From the NCBI GenBank assembly GCA_963740315.1, contig CAVUDP010000001.1, positions 800,001 through 864,000 on the forward strand: a stretch of DNA of 64,000 bases, written 5' to 3'. The position numbers and the translations under genes are program-made. The DNA is from an uncultured cyanobacterium. GTDB taxonomy: Bacteria; Cyanobacteriota; Cyanobacteriia; Cyanobacteriales; Nostocaceae. Under the pieces are notes generated by a model. It was not told where the DNA came from, did no database searches, and saw nothing but the letters and a program-made list of their open reading frames with translations. Shown in pieces: positions 20,311 through 31,553 of this stretch; within the stretch, counting starts at the first letter, position 1; each line of letters opens with the position of its first letter.

Positions 20311-20643
20311 ATGCAAACATACTATTACGTACTAGCTTCTCAACGCTTTTTATTAGAAGAAGAACCTTTGGAGGAGGTTTTAAAGGAGCGTACTCGCTAT
20401 TATCACGAACAGGAGAAAGAAATCGATTTTTGGTTGGTTAAGCAGCCAGCTTTTCTCGAAACTGCTGCAATGTCAGAAATCAAAGCCAAATGTCCTCAAC
20501 CTGCGGCGGCGGTTGTTTCTACCAATCCTCAATTTATCACCTGGTTGAAACTAAGATTGGAATATGTGGTAACGGGTGAATTTCAAGCTCCTACTTCAGA
20601 AATTCCTTCGGCGATCGCCAGTCTTGCTTCAGTTTCACCGTAG
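20311..20643 (+). CDS. ycf54: MgPME cyclase accessory protein Ycf54
   Basis: MQTYYYVLASQRFLLEEEPLEEVLKER..DFWLV..QFITWLKLRL. Confidence 0.95.
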   Translation: MQTYYYVLASQRFLLEEEPLEEVLKERTRYYHEQEKEIDFWLVKQPAFLETAAMSEIKAKCPQPAAAVVSTNPQFITWLKLRLEYVVTGEFQAPTSEIPSAIASLASVSP

Positions 20644-20833
20644 GGAACGGGGAAAAGTATTTACAGCTGATTACCTAGATGAGTGAAGTACAGGACATAT
20701 CGTTGTAAGGGAGTAGGGAGTAGGGAGTAGGGAATAGAAGAATGTACTTCATTTACGCGGCATTCTGCTGTATGTAATCAATCGCGAGGGGATTTAATGT
20801 AATACCTTTAACAGGAGATAAAGTCTTTTAAAT

Positions 20834-21529
20834 ATGGTGTGTATTAGGGGAATAAATATGAATCCAAATAAGGTAAGTATTTTGCGTAAATTTAAAATAC
20901 CAACCGCTTTAATATTATCAACAGCGGGTTTGCTGTCCGGTATAAATTCTGCATCGGCTCAAAGCAATCCTCCTACCTGTCAAGCTCCTAGAACTGGTGA
21001 ATATCTGTTATTAGTAGTTAGTCCTACAGAAGATAATCAAACCCAACTAAAGCGAGTATTACCAACAAAAATTAGGACAAATACCTGTAAATATCTTGAG
21101 GATACAGTTACCCGTATCGGTGGATTTAAAAACATTGACGATGCCAATCGCTGGGCAAGATATATCAAAGATTCTGCTGGTTTATCTGCAATAATTACTA
21201 CTAGACCTACGGGAACGCCCACACCATCTCAAGCAGGAACGCAAGCAAGCACCGTAAGTTACAAACCTCGACGTTTGGGGAGTGGTTACGCCGTACTAGT
21301 AGATTATTACAATCGTCCTCAATTAGCATCCGACGTTCGCAAAGCAGTCAAAGGAGACGTAGGTTTCGTTTCTTACGGAAGACGACCTTATTTGTTAGCA
21401 ACTTACACCAGCAACCAAAAAGAAGCCTATCAGACGTTAGAAGAACTTTCCAAACGCGGCTTCTTTGCCATCATCGTTGATAGTAACAAAGTAATGCTAC
21501 TGCGATCGGTCGTGAAATTACCCAATTAG
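20834..21529 (+). CDS. Secreted hypothetical protein (SPOR-like repeats possible)
   Basis: Signal peptide ending ASAQ; two similar alpha/beta halves. Confidence 0.65.
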   Translation: MVCIRGINMNPNKVSILRKFKIPTALILSTAGLLSGINSASAQSNPPTCQAPRTGEYLLLVVSPTEDNQTQLKRVLPTKIRTNTCKYLEDTVTRIGGFKNIDDANRWARYIKDSAGLSAIITTRPTGTPTPSQAGTQASTVSYKPRRLGSGYAVLVDYYNRPQLASDVRKAVKGDVGFVSYGRRPYLLATYTSNQKEAYQTLEELSKRGFFAIIVDSNKVMLLRSVVKLPN

Positions 21530-21619
21530 TTGTTAGTTGTTAGTTGTTAGTTCAAACTCCTAACTCTTAACCCCTAACTACTGGACATTGATAACTGTTC
21601 ACTGTTAACTGCTCACTGA

Positions 21620-22075
21620 TTAATAAGCAGCTTGCGCCAACGCCGAAATAGTTATACCCAAAGCCGAACCGGCTATTACTTGAAAGGGTGTATGTCCGAG
21701 TAATTCTTTTAAACGCTCGGCGGCGATTTCTGGATGATCGTGAAACATTTCGTCAATCACTTGGTTGAGGATGCGTGCTTGTTTTCCGGCAGCTTGACGG
21801 ACACCAGCAGCATCGTACATGACTATAACGGCGAAAATTGCAGCCAAAGCAAATTCGGGGGAAGCCCAGCCGATAGATTGTCCGACACCAGCAGCTAAAG
21901 CGGTAACAAGAGCCGAATGAGCGCTGGGCATTCCTCCAGTTGTTACTAAAACACTCACAGTCACTTTACCGTTCTTGATTAACTCAACTAGGAGTTTTAA
22001 AGCCTGAGCGGCGAAACAAGCTATCAAGGCAACCAGTAGTACGTGATTGTCAAAGATATTGCCTATGTCTTGCAT
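21620..22075 (-). CDS. Divergent PAP2 family protein (DUF212)
   Basis: TGGMPSAHSA, VMYDAAGVR, ELLGHTP. Confidence 0.92.
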   Translation of the reverse strand: MQDIGNIFDNHVLLVALIACFAAQALKLLVELIKNGKVTVSVLVTTGGMPSAHSALVTALAAGVGQSIGWASPEFALAAIFAVIVMYDAAGVRQAAGKQARILNQVIDEMFHDHPEIAAERLKELLGHTPFQVIAGSALGITISALAQAAY

Positions 22076-22167
22076 GGTATTACGGTTAAATTAGGGTAAT
22101 ATTAGCAGCGGTTCTGTGCGTGAGTACGTGTGGGATACTACTTATTAACATCCCAATCATCGTTGAA

Positions 22168-23103
22168 TTAATTGTTACGACTGGTGATGAAATAAGCGAG
22201 GGCAACTAAAGGTTTAGCTTGGTCTCCAAAGGGTTCCAATTGGGCACAGGCAGCTTCAATAAGTAGCTGTGCTTGTTTAGAAGATTCTTCCAAACCCCAA
22301 AGACTGGGATAGGTAACTTTCTGCGCTTTTTGGTCTTTGCCCGCAGTTTTACCTAATTGTTCTTGGGTTGCGGTGATATCCAGAATATCATCAACTATCT
22401 GAAATGCAAGTCCAATATTTTGAGAATAGCGTTGGAGTCTTTGTAAATCTTCTGTTGATGCTCCCGTTAAAATACCGCCACAAACAACGCTAGCTTCTAA
22501 AAGAGCGGCTGTTTTATGGTTGTGAATAAAATTCAAAGTTTCCAGAGGAACATCAGTCTTTCCTTCCATCTCTAAATCTACAACTTGCCCGCCAACTAAA
22601 CCAGCAGCACCTACCGCACGTGCCAACCGGGAAATAACTTGTAAAATTTGGGTTGCTGGCACGTTTTTGGTATTGTTTGCCACATACTCGAAAGCATAAG
22701 CTAGCAAACCATCCCCGGCTAAAATTGCGACATCATCCCCATATACTTTGTGGTTGGTTAATTTACCCCGACGGTAATCATCATTATCCATCGCCGGGAG
22801 ATCGTCGTGAATCAAAGACATGGTGTGAATCATTTCCAAAGCGCAAGCCGTGGGCATTGACATTTCGATATTTCCACCAGTCATCTCGCAAGTAGCCAGA
22901 CATAAAATCGGACGCAACCGCTTACCTCCAGCTAAAAGAGAATAGCGCATTGCTTCATAAATTTTATCTGGATAAACTACAGCAATCGACTTATCCAAAG
23001 CAGCTTCTACAAGCTTTTGTCGTTCCTTTAGATAAACCGATAAATCAAACTTTAATTGTTTTAATTCTGGGGAATTTTTTGGTAGATTCTTTGCTGCAAC
23101 CAT
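22168..23103 (-). CDS. crtE: Geranylgeranyl diphosphate synthase
   Basis: [31 protein letters not shown]. Confidence 0.95.
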   Translation of the reverse strand: MVAAKNLPKNSPELKQLKFDLSVYLKERQKLVEAALDKSIAVVYPDKIYEAMRYSLLAGGKRLRPILCLATCEMTGGNIEMSMPTACALEMIHTMSLIHDDLPAMDNDDYRRGKLTNHKVYGDDVAILAGDGLLAYAFEYVANNTKNVPATQILQVISRLARAVGAAGLVGGQVVDLEMEGKTDVPLETLNFIHNHKTAALLEASVVCGGILTGASTEDLQRLQRYSQNIGLAFQIVDDILDITATQEQLGKTAGKDQKAQKVTYPSLWGLEESSKQAQLLIEAACAQLEPFGDQAKPLVALAYFITSRNN

Positions 23104-23163
23104 TTGCTCCTGCTCCTTAATTTCCTGTATTATCTCAACTGCTAACTGTTAATTGCTCACTGT

Positions 23164-24048
23164 TCACTGTTCACTGTTCACTGTTAACTGATAACTGCTA
23201 ACAGTATTTTCTAACAACATGGCAACAGTCATAGGTCCTATACCACCGGGAACTGGGGTAAGGAAATCTGCAACGGTTGCAACTTCATCAAACCTGACAT
23301 CACCAATAAGACGACTTTTGCCGTTTTCATCGGTAATACGGTTTATCCCCACATCTACCACAACCGCGCCTTCTTTCACCATTTCGGCGGTAATTAATTG
23401 GGGAATTCCCACCGCACTAACTAAAATATCGGCATTTTTTGTAATATCTTGTAAATTTTGGGTGCGTGAATGAGCGATCGCAACGGTGGCATTTGCTGCT
23501 AATAACATCATCGACATTGGTTTCCCTACCAAAATCGAACGTCCCAAAACCACCGCTTGTTTTCCTTCTAAGGATATGGAATATTCTTCCAACAAACGCA
23601 TTACACCCGCAGGAGTGCAGCTGCGTAAACCTGGCTCACCCCTTAACAATCTTCCCAAATTCAGCGGATGCAGTCCATCAACATCCTTATCGGGGGCAAT
23701 TTGGTATAACAGAGCCACACTATCTAAATGAGACGGGAGAGGTAGCTGGACTAAAATCCCATCAACTTGTTCGTCGGCATTTAAATTATGAATAACTTCT
23801 TGAAGTTCGTTAAAACTGGTTTCTGTGGGGAAATGCCGGTTAAACGAAGTAATACCCACCTTGCTGCAAGCTCGTTCCTTGTTGCGGACATAAGCAGCGC
23901 TTGCGGGGTTATCTCCCACCATCAATACCGCCAAGCCAGGGGGACGACCTATTTTAGATTGCAATTGGGCTATCTTAGTTGAAAGTCGATCGTGAATTTT
24001 TAACCCTAAAGCTTTACCATCAAGCAGTTTTGCTGTTTTTGTTTCCAT
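23164..24048 (-). CDS. folD: Methylenetetrahydrofolate dehydrogenase/cyclohydrolase
   Basis: [33 protein letters not shown]. Confidence 0.97.
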   Translation of the reverse strand: METKTAKLLDGKALGLKIHDRLSTKIAQLQSKIGRPPGLAVLMVGDNPASAAYVRNKERACSKVGITSFNRHFPTETSFNELQEVIHNLNADEQVDGILVQLPLPSHLDSVALLYQIAPDKDVDGLHPLNLGRLLRGEPGLRSCTPAGVMRLLEEYSISLEGKQAVVLGRSILVGKPMSMMLLAANATVAIAHSRTQNLQDITKNADILVSAVGIPQLITAEMVKEGAVVVDVGINRITDENGKSRLIGDVRFDEVATVADFLTPVPGGIGPMTVAMLLENTVSSYQLTVNSEQ

Positions 24049-24158
24049 GAGCAATTTTAAGTCAGTAAATACGCCACGGCATTCACCATATTATTTATCT
24101 TCTCAGATAGTTCGGCTGTACGCTCAATAGAATTTTATCTGTTAAGAACTTAGTATTA

Positions 24159-24617
24159 TTGGGAACTATGTATATGAAAATTACGACGAATTTAGCGCTG
24201 ATGCCTAATCTGGATATGCTGCTTACCATGCAACGAGTTAGAAAAAAAATTTTCCATGCTGGGATATTCCATTTGGGATTAGCTCCTGTTTTACTCGCGG
24301 GGCTATTGAGTTGCAGCAATGTTAACGAGTACGGAATGAATGCCATTGGCGTGAATGTGACTGCGATTAGCGAGCTAAAACCGCAAAAAGGCGATAATAA
24401 TGCTCCAGTTTACGTGAGCGGCAAAGTCGAGAGAAAAGTACCTTTGTTAGAAAAACAAATGTATCAGATTGAGGACTCCACTGGCAAAATTTGGGTATTA
24501 ACCAATCAGAAAGGTTGGAAAGTTGGAGAAAAAGTTGTAGTCAAAGCAATTCCTCAGTACGAAAGCATTCCCATCTCTGGTACAGAATTAGGACAAGTTT
24601 ACTTAGAAGAAAAGTAA
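24159..24617 (+). CDS. Putative lipoprotein with OB-fold
   Basis: LLAGLLSC lipobox; YQIEDSTGKIWV; true start probably downstream. Confidence 0.65.
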   Translation: MGTMYMKITTNLALMPNLDMLLTMQRVRKKIFHAGIFHLGLAPVLLAGLLSCSNVNEYGMNAIGVNVTAISELKPQKGDNNAPVYVSGKVERKVPLLEKQMYQIEDSTGKIWVLTNQKGWKVGEKVVVKAIPQYESIPISGTELGQVYLEEK

Positions 24618-24647
24618 TAATTGAAACTTACACTATGATTAATATTT

Positions 24648-25088
24648 ATGAACAACCAACATCCGCAGGTGCATTATGTAGCGATCGCAATCCTATATAA
24701 AGACAACAAATTTTTAATGCAGTTGCGGGATAATATCCCAAATATTCCTTATCCGGGTTACTGGGCATTTTTTGGCGGACATATAGAACCCGGTGAAACT
24801 CCAGAAATCGCCGTCAGAAGGGAAATTATAGAAGAAATTAGCTATACCCTTCCAGAAAAAATTACTGAATTTGGTTGTTATAAATCCGAAAAAGCAGTGC
24901 GTCATGTTTTCCACGCACCGTTAGAAGTTGAATTAGATAAACTAGTTCTCGGCGAAGGTTGGGATATGGGTTTAGTAAGCCCCCAAGAAATCCGCAACGG
25001 TAAACGTTATTCCACCGTCGCAGGTGAAGAAAGACCTTTAGGTGAAGTGCATCAGCGGATTTTGATCGATTTTATGAATAAAAGTTAG
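24648..25088 (+). CDS. NUDIX hydrolase
   Basis: GGHIEPGETPEIAVRREIIEE Nudix box. Confidence 0.92.
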   Translation: MNNQHPQVHYVAIAILYKDNKFLMQLRDNIPNIPYPGYWAFFGGHIEPGETPEIAVRREIIEEISYTLPEKITEFGCYKSEKAVRHVFHAPLEVELDKLVLGEGWDMGLVSPQEIRNGKRYSTVAGEERPLGEVHQRILIDFMNKS

Positions 25089-25194
25089 TTGTTAGGAGTT
25101 AGGAATTAGGAATTAGGAATTAGGAGTTAGGAATTAGGAGTTAGGAGTTAGGAATTAGGAGTTAATATTTTCTCCTTGTCCCCTTGTCTCCCCC

Positions 25195-25330
25195 GAACCC
25201 CAAAGGTTACTGCATCCTTCAAGATTGGATCGCTACCGCGCTTGCCTCGAATATTAGCTTCTCTCAAATCAACCCCACTAAAGTCACGCTCCCCATCAGC
25301 ATATCTTTGGAGCAACTCTTCACCATCCAT
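25195..25330 (-). pseudogene. Truncated pentapeptide-repeat gene
   Basis: MDGEELLQRYADGERDFSGVDLREANIRG runs into simple-repeat DNA. Confidence 0.7.
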
Positions 25331-25982
25331 CCTCTTCCCCCTCTTCCCTCAGCGCTCTCTAAGGCTGAAAAGTTGTTCATGGGGGAAACCCCCAAGATCA
25401 CACTTTATGTCCTATCGGACACGCTCCGCTAACGCTGCGTCAAGCATCGGTTTTTTAAATCGATCTTACACCCTTCAATAAAAACCCCAAAACCATCTTC
25501 ATATAATCAAAACTTTTATAAAAACCCCTAACCAATTAAACTTCTGTATTCATATTCCTTCACAAACCCGTTACCCAACTTTACACAAAAAATTTTAATG
25601 ACAGGATTCTCAATTAAGCCACGAGATTACAAGAGTTTTCGCTGTAATATGCTATTGTTATGTTGAGGGAAGCAGTTTATCTACTTTCAAGAATTTCGAT
25701 AAACTAACCCCTTATTAAACAGCAACTAACTTGATATTTACATCATTAACATACTACAAAACCGATAAAACCTTGAAAAAGGCTCGTGGTTAATATGAAG
25801 CGATGTAAATCTTACTGTAATTAACAATACTAAAAATAACCTACAAAAATACTGGTATTGACAAATCAAAGATTATGAATTATTTATTCTTCCCCCTCTC
25901 CCCCCTCTCTCCATTCCCAAACAAAAAATTAGTCCAATAACCTAAAACCGCAATAAACTAAAACTATTGTGGAGAAGGTGCT

Positions 25983-27038
25983 ATGGAATCAGGTTTCAAA
26001 CTGCCGAGATGGTTAAGTTTTGGGTTGGCTTTTCCGCTGTTTATTCTTAATGCTTGGGTATTGCTGGGAGTTATAAAATATCTTCAACCCTTGGTAAATA
26101 TAGTTATTGCAGCAATATTATTAGCTTTTGTTTTAGAATATCCGATTGGTTTTTTCCAACAACGAGGGGTAAACCGTAATTTCGCGACTGCGGGAGTGTT
26201 GTTGTTAGCGATTGTCATACTCGCGGGTTTGGGAATTACTGTTTTACCGTTGATTCTCGAACAGGTAAATGAATTAGTAAATATATTGCCAAGTTGGATT
26301 GATTCTGGAACCCAACAGTTACAAGTTTGGCAAAATTGGGCTGCTACTCAACAGTTACCTATTAATCTTGGTGGTTTACTACCCGATATTTTAGAAAGAT
26401 TATCCAATCAAGTTCAAAGCTTAAGTGGTAGAATAATAGGTTTGGCATTCGGTACAATCGGCAGCGTTTTAAACATTTTGCTGACAATAGTGCTGACTTT
26501 GTACATGATTTTAAATGGCGATCGCGTGTGGGAGGGGATATTAAGATGGTTCCCGCAACGCATTGGTAAGCTCTTAAGCGAGTCTTTAAGCGAAGACTTC
26601 CAGAATTACTTTATCGGACAAGCAACTTTAGCTATCATTCTTGCAACTGGGTTAACGTTGGCTTTTGTAGCGTTGCAAGTTCCTTTAAATTTATTGTTTG
26701 CTTTAGTTATTGGATTTTTCGCGTTATTTCCGTTTGGTACTGGTATTGGAATTACTTTAGTAAGTTTGTTGGTAGGGTTGAAAAACTTTTGGTTAGGAGT
26801 CGAAGTTTTATCTGTAGCAGTAGCGATCGACCAATTTAATTACAATTTTGTAGCGCCGCGTATTTTAAGTAAATTTACTGGTTTAAATCCAGTTTGGGTA
26901 GTAATTTCTTTGTTAATTGGAGCGAAACTTTTAGGAGTCTTAGGATTATTAATTGCAATTCCCTTGGCTAGCTTTATTAAAAGCGTCGCCGATGGCTGGA
27001 GAGATGGGGAATTTAATATGGTGGATGAGAAGGAATAA
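25983..27038 (+). CDS. AI-2E family transporter
   Basis: Multi-TM; VAPRILSKFTGLNPVWV..GVLGLLIAIP. Confidence 0.9.
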   Translation: MESGFKLPRWLSFGLAFPLFILNAWVLLGVIKYLQPLVNIVIAAILLAFVLEYPIGFFQQRGVNRNFATAGVLLLAIVILAGLGITVLPLILEQVNELVNILPSWIDSGTQQLQVWQNWAATQQLPINLGGLLPDILERLSNQVQSLSGRIIGLAFGTIGSVLNILLTIVLTLYMILNGDRVWEGILRWFPQRIGKLLSESLSEDFQNYFIGQATLAIILATGLTLAFVALQVPLNLLFALVIGFFALFPFGTGIGITLVSLLVGLKNFWLGVEVLSVAVAIDQFNYNFVAPRILSKFTGLNPVWVVISLLIGAKLLGVLGLLIAIPLASFIKSVADGWRDGEFNMVDEKE

Positions 27039-27258
27039 TTTGAGAGGGGGAAGAGGGGGAAGATGGGGAAGAGGGGGAAGATAAAATAATTTATATATCC
27101 CAGCAATTGTTTAAATCGTGAGTAATACAATTGAAGGATAAATAATATTCTTATTTATTAATTATATTTTTAGTCCTTTTAATGGACTTATGCTATTAGC
27201 CGGGGGTTTTCAACCCCTGGTGGATAAGGGTAAATCTATGAAGTTAAATCTATAAAAA

Positions 27259-27855
27259 ATGTCCTACAGTGATTTCAGTCTGAGAAAGGTTAAACAAGAT
27301 TTTAATTTAACTATTGTTGAGAAAAACACCTTTTTAGATAACATTAAACCTCAACAACCAAGTACGCAACTAGCTGAATTTATCAAAAAATATTTACCTC
27401 TAGCTTTAGCGTTAAATACCGAGAAAGCTCGCTCGGAAATGTTAATTTGTCCAATTTTACTAGAAATCAAAGAAATTTCAAATTCTATTAGCTTATTTTC
27501 TGGTAATGATTTTACAGTTGATGCATCAATTGGACTTTCTGGAGTCTGTGACTTTTTAATTAGTCTTTCTTCCGAGCAACTTTTTGTAGAAGCACCAGCA
27601 ATAGTTGTAGTAGAAGCGAAAAAAGAAGACTTAAATGGTGGTTTAGGACAATGCGTTGCCGAAATGATTGCAGCACAAAGATTTAACGAACAAAATAATA
27701 CTTCTATTCCGATTATCTATGGTACCGTGACAACTGGCGATCGCTGGAAATTTCTCAAAATCGAAAATCAAACTGTAACCATTGGATTAATGGAATATAC
27801 GCTTCCACCGTTAGAACAAATTTTAGGAATTTTAATTAGTTTTATTAAATTTTAG
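27259..27855 (+). CDS. PD-(D/E)XK-like cyanobacterial protein (HsdR N-terminal-like)
   Basis: CDFLIS..VVVEAKK..GLGQCVAEM..YGTVTTGDRWKF. Confidence 0.7.
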   Translation: MSYSDFSLRKVKQDFNLTIVEKNTFLDNIKPQQPSTQLAEFIKKYLPLALALNTEKARSEMLICPILLEIKEISNSISLFSGNDFTVDASIGLSGVCDFLISLSSEQLFVEAPAIVVVEAKKEDLNGGLGQCVAEMIAAQRFNEQNNTSIPIIYGTVTTGDRWKFLKIENQTVTIGLMEYTLPPLEQILGILISFIKF

Positions 27856-27996
27856 GACTTATAAAAGCCCCCCTTTCAAAAGGGGGGTTGGGGGGATCTC
27901 AATTTCTATATACTTATTTTAAGCAAATTACTCAAATCTAAATTTCAGCTTGACCATTGGGAATACTTGATTTTGAATTGTTATCGGTAAAATTCT

Positions 27997-29151
27997 ATGC
28001 CTGTAAATCAAATCATCGCTCAACTTACACCAGAGCAACAAGCGTTAATTCCAGTTTACAAGGAAAAGTGGCGTAAAATTGCGCGTTCAACCCAAAGGAT
28101 TGATAAGGAGAAAGCAGAGGAGGCGGTAAAAGCAGCTTTTGAGTTGATTGGTGAAGCAGAGCCGAAAGTATTTTTCTTTGACAGCATTTTTTCAGCCATC
28201 AACGAATATAACGATAACGATGATTTGATTTGCTTTGGTTTGAACGACAATCTATTTCAAAAGCTGAGATTTCCGTTGATTTTAGATTTTGACAAAATAC
28301 CGGAATGGGAATTCTATAATTTAAATCGCTTCCGGAGTGCATTAGCCAAAGATCCACAAAACTTATTTGAGTCAGAATTTTTAGATAAACTGATTGTAGA
28401 TTTAGAAGATGAAATATACGACTCCCTGGAAGAGCAATGGAATATTACTTATTTTGACTTGCTTGAATCAATCGATGAAGAGAAGTTTATTCCCATAGAT
28501 ACCCAGCGGAAGTACATTAAATTCGACTTATTAATTGCTGAATGCAGCTACTACGACTTTTGTATCTCCGTCTTAGATTATCCCCACGATGCAAACCGAT
28601 GGCAGATTTTGCAAAATGTCGTCAAAAATTGTCCTTGGTTTTTCCCGTTTCAAGGAATTTGTTTTATTTGCGATCGCCCATATAAATTATCCTTCAATGA
28701 AGAAAACCGTCTTCATGCAGATGGTGAAGCTGCGATCGAACACGCTGACGGATATAAGGTTTATGCTAATAGCGGCGTTTTATTGCCAGAAAAATACGGT
28801 ACAGTACCGACATCGGAATGGAAGTCGCAATGGTTGTTATCAGAAAGAAACGCAGAATTGAGAAGAGTTTTAGTACAGGGAGTTGGTTATAACCGGATTT
28901 GTGAAGAATTAGGAGCAGTTGAATTAGATTCCTGGCAAGAATATAGTTTATTCAAGATTAAGAATTATATAGAAGTGGATGAATGGGCTTCACAAGATGC
29001 TATGGAGCCAATGCATTTATTAAAAATGACTTGTCCGAGTACGGGATTTATTCACTTTTTAAGAGTACCACCAGAGATTAATTCTGCCAGAGATGCGATC
29101 GCTTGGGTTAATTGGGGAGTCTCGCCAGAAGAATTTGCAGTACAAACTTGA
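27997..29151 (+). CDS. DUF6745-like protein
   Basis: LTPEQQALIPVYKEKW N-terminus; LHADGEAAIE, ERNAELRR, LKMTCPSTG..LRVPP C-terminus. Confidence 0.8.
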   Translation: MPVNQIIAQLTPEQQALIPVYKEKWRKIARSTQRIDKEKAEEAVKAAFELIGEAEPKVFFFDSIFSAINEYNDNDDLICFGLNDNLFQKLRFPLILDFDKIPEWEFYNLNRFRSALAKDPQNLFESEFLDKLIVDLEDEIYDSLEEQWNITYFDLLESIDEEKFIPIDTQRKYIKFDLLIAECSYYDFCISVLDYPHDANRWQILQNVVKNCPWFFPFQGICFICDRPYKLSFNEENRLHADGEAAIEHADGYKVYANSGVLLPEKYGTVPTSEWKSQWLLSERNAELRRVLVQGVGYNRICEELGAVELDSWQEYSLFKIKNYIEVDEWASQDAMEPMHLLKMTCPSTGFIHFLRVPPEINSARDAIAWVNWGVSPEEFAVQT

Positions 29152-29427
29152 ATAAATTGTCATTATCGCTTTGTTGGGTTAGACGCTTTTACTATTTAAC
29201 GTTGAATTATCGAATGTATATAGCATCGTAACCCAACATTTTTAGGCGTTTGAGCAAAAACCTTAAATTCTTTGTTCGTAGTAAGTGGCTCTAGCCCTCT
29301 CTTCTTAGTTAGTTTGTAGTAAAGCATCATCGAATTCAAATACAACCAATTTTAGGATATTTTATATTTATCCAAGATGGTGGTGTTGAGTTACGACTAC
29401 AAAAATACGAAAAATTACCGATTTTAA

Positions 29428-29560
29428 AAAACCGCAGAGACAAGGCAGTGCGTTGCGGAGGTACCCTCCGTTGTAGCAACTGCCGTGCAGAGAGCGCAGC
29501 GAAAAGTGTGGTCTTGGGGGTTTCCCCCATGAACAACTTTTCAAGACAGAGGAAAGAGGT
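29428..29560. repeat. Nested small dispersed repeats
   Basis: AAAAGTGTGGTCTTGGGGGTTTCCCCCATGAACAACTTTTC; inverted copy at about 25366-25405. Confidence 0.65.
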
Positions 29561-29617
29561 AAAAGAGAGATAGTGATGATTTGGGGCTTACAATTTTAAT
29601 ATATAATATTGCGATAA

Positions 29618-29929
29618 ATGGAGATAATTGTGGAAGAGTGCAGATTAATAAAGTCCCTACAATTAGAAAACTTTCTTTCCTATGGAAGCGAGAGTGAAGA
29701 AATTGAATTACAACCGCTGAATGTATTAATTGGTTCAAATGCATCGGGAAAATCGAATTTAATTGAAGCGATCGCATTATTAAAAGCAACACCCACCGAT
29801 TTACCAGCACCAATCCGTCAAGGTGGAGGTATTACTGATTTTATCTGGAAAGGTAGTAAAGAAAATCCAGTAGCTAGAATAAAAACGATTGTAAATTATC
29901 CTCAAAGAATTTTATATGGAATCTATTAA
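29618..29929 (+). pseudogene. Truncated AAA_21/SMC-like ATPase N-terminus
   Basis: IKSLQLENFLSY..PLNVLIGSNASGKSNLIEA Walker A; ends after about 100 aa. Confidence 0.78.
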
Positions 29930-30220
29930 TATTCCTAAATACATTCAGCTTAGATGTTTGCTGCTCAAGGTTTAATAAATCCTCGCCGCTTGGGAATAGC
30001 TATTTTTAATATCCCTCGACTGGTAATAACCAGATTTTTGCTTTCTTTAAAGAATATTCTACCATACAATTGAACCGATTCTTTCTGAGAATATTTTCAT
30101 AACTCAATCTTTCTCCTGATATATGGGAATACTTTGAATATCAACTACCAACAATCTATATAAAGGGTTGAAATTTACCAATGTCCGAAAATCCTATTAT
30201 TACCGCATTAACACCAAATT

Positions 30221-30388
30221 GTAGGTTGGGTTAGACGCTTTTTTAATAAGCGGGTTTTAGTTAAAAATCTATATAGCGTCGTAACCCAACATATGCTTCT
30301 TATATCTACAACTCGGATGTTGGGTTGCGACACCAGATTTAAATTTTCGTTACAACCAATTTTTGTTTTGGAGTAAGACCCAACCTAC
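30221..30388. repeat. REP/REPIN-like element
   Basis: GTAGGTTGGGTTAGACG...ACCCAACCTAC. Confidence 0.8.
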
Positions 30389-30476
30389 AGATATTATGGG
30401 TTTGGTGCTGAAATTTTTAACTTTAATACGGGAATACTTTAAATATCAACTTTGAAAAAATCAAAAATATTCCCTT

Positions 30477-31553
30477 ATGTCCGAAAATCCTATTATTACC
30501 GCATTAACACCAGAGCAACAAGCTTTAATTCCGGTTTATCGCGAAAAGTGGCGAAAAATTGCGCTTTCAACCCAGAGAGTTGATCGAGAGAAAGCGACGG
30601 AAGCTTTAAAAGCAGCTTATAACTTTTTTGATAGCGAAGCTCCTGAGATTGAATTTTTTGATAGTCCCAAAGCAGCTTTAAAAGAATTATCCGATATTTG
30701 TTATGATTATCTAGATTTTTCTATTTTATGCGATTTACGACATCCGTTAATAAATTATCCATACGAACGCTCTCAAAATACTACCACAATAGAAGAACGA
30801 ACTGTAATAGAACGAGAAATATTAAAGATAGTATTGGAACAAAATTATAATATACATACCCAATTAGAATTAGAAGAAGATTTTGATGAAGAATTTTTGA
30901 TACCTGACGAACATATGTTAGGTGGTATTCAAACTGATTTTTTAATTGCCGAATGCTGTTTTTATGATTTCTGTATTTCCGTTCTAAAGTTACCTCACAA
31001 TCAACAGAAATGGAAAGCTTTTAAAAATATAGTTCAGTATTGTGGATGGATTTTTGATTACAACAATATTTGCTTAGTATCCAACCGTCCAATTAAACTA
31101 TCTTACGACGAGCAAAACAATCTCCACGAGTCAAACGGTAAACCCGCAATCGAATACGCTGACGGTTTCAAGGTTTATGCTTATCACGGTGTTTGGATAC
31201 CTGAAAAATACGGTGAAATACCTTCATCACAATGGAAATCTCATTGGTTATTATCAGAAGAAAACGCTGAATTACGACGAATTTTAATTCAATCCATCGG
31301 TTACAACCGGATTTGTCAAGAATTGGGAGCAGTTGAATTAGATTCTTGGCAAGAATATACTTTACTAAAAATTGAGAATTACACAGAAATTAATCCCGAA
31401 ACTTCAGAAACAATGCATTTATTAAAGATGATTTGTCCAAGTACGGGATTTATTCACTTTTTAAGAGTACCACCAGATATTAATTCTGCCAGAGATGCGA
31501 TCGCTTGGCTTAATTGGGGAGTCTCGCCAGAAGATTTTGCAGTACAAACTTGA
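30477..31553 (+). CDS. DUF6745-like protein (paralogue of 27997-29151)
   Basis: Same terminal motifs as the first copy, divergent centre. Confidence 0.8.
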   Translation: MSENPIITALTPEQQALIPVYREKWRKIALSTQRVDREKATEALKAAYNFFDSEAPEIEFFDSPKAALKELSDICYDYLDFSILCDLRHPLINYPYERSQNTTTIEERTVIEREILKIVLEQNYNIHTQLELEEDFDEEFLIPDEHMLGGIQTDFLIAECCFYDFCISVLKLPHNQQKWKAFKNIVQYCGWIFDYNNICLVSNRPIKLSYDEQNNLHESNGKPAIEYADGFKVYAYHGVWIPEKYGEIPSSQWKSHWLLSEENAELRRILIQSIGYNRICQELGAVELDSWQEYTLLKIENYTEINPETSETMHLLKMICPSTGFIHFLRVPPDINSARDAIAWLNWGVSPEDFAVQT

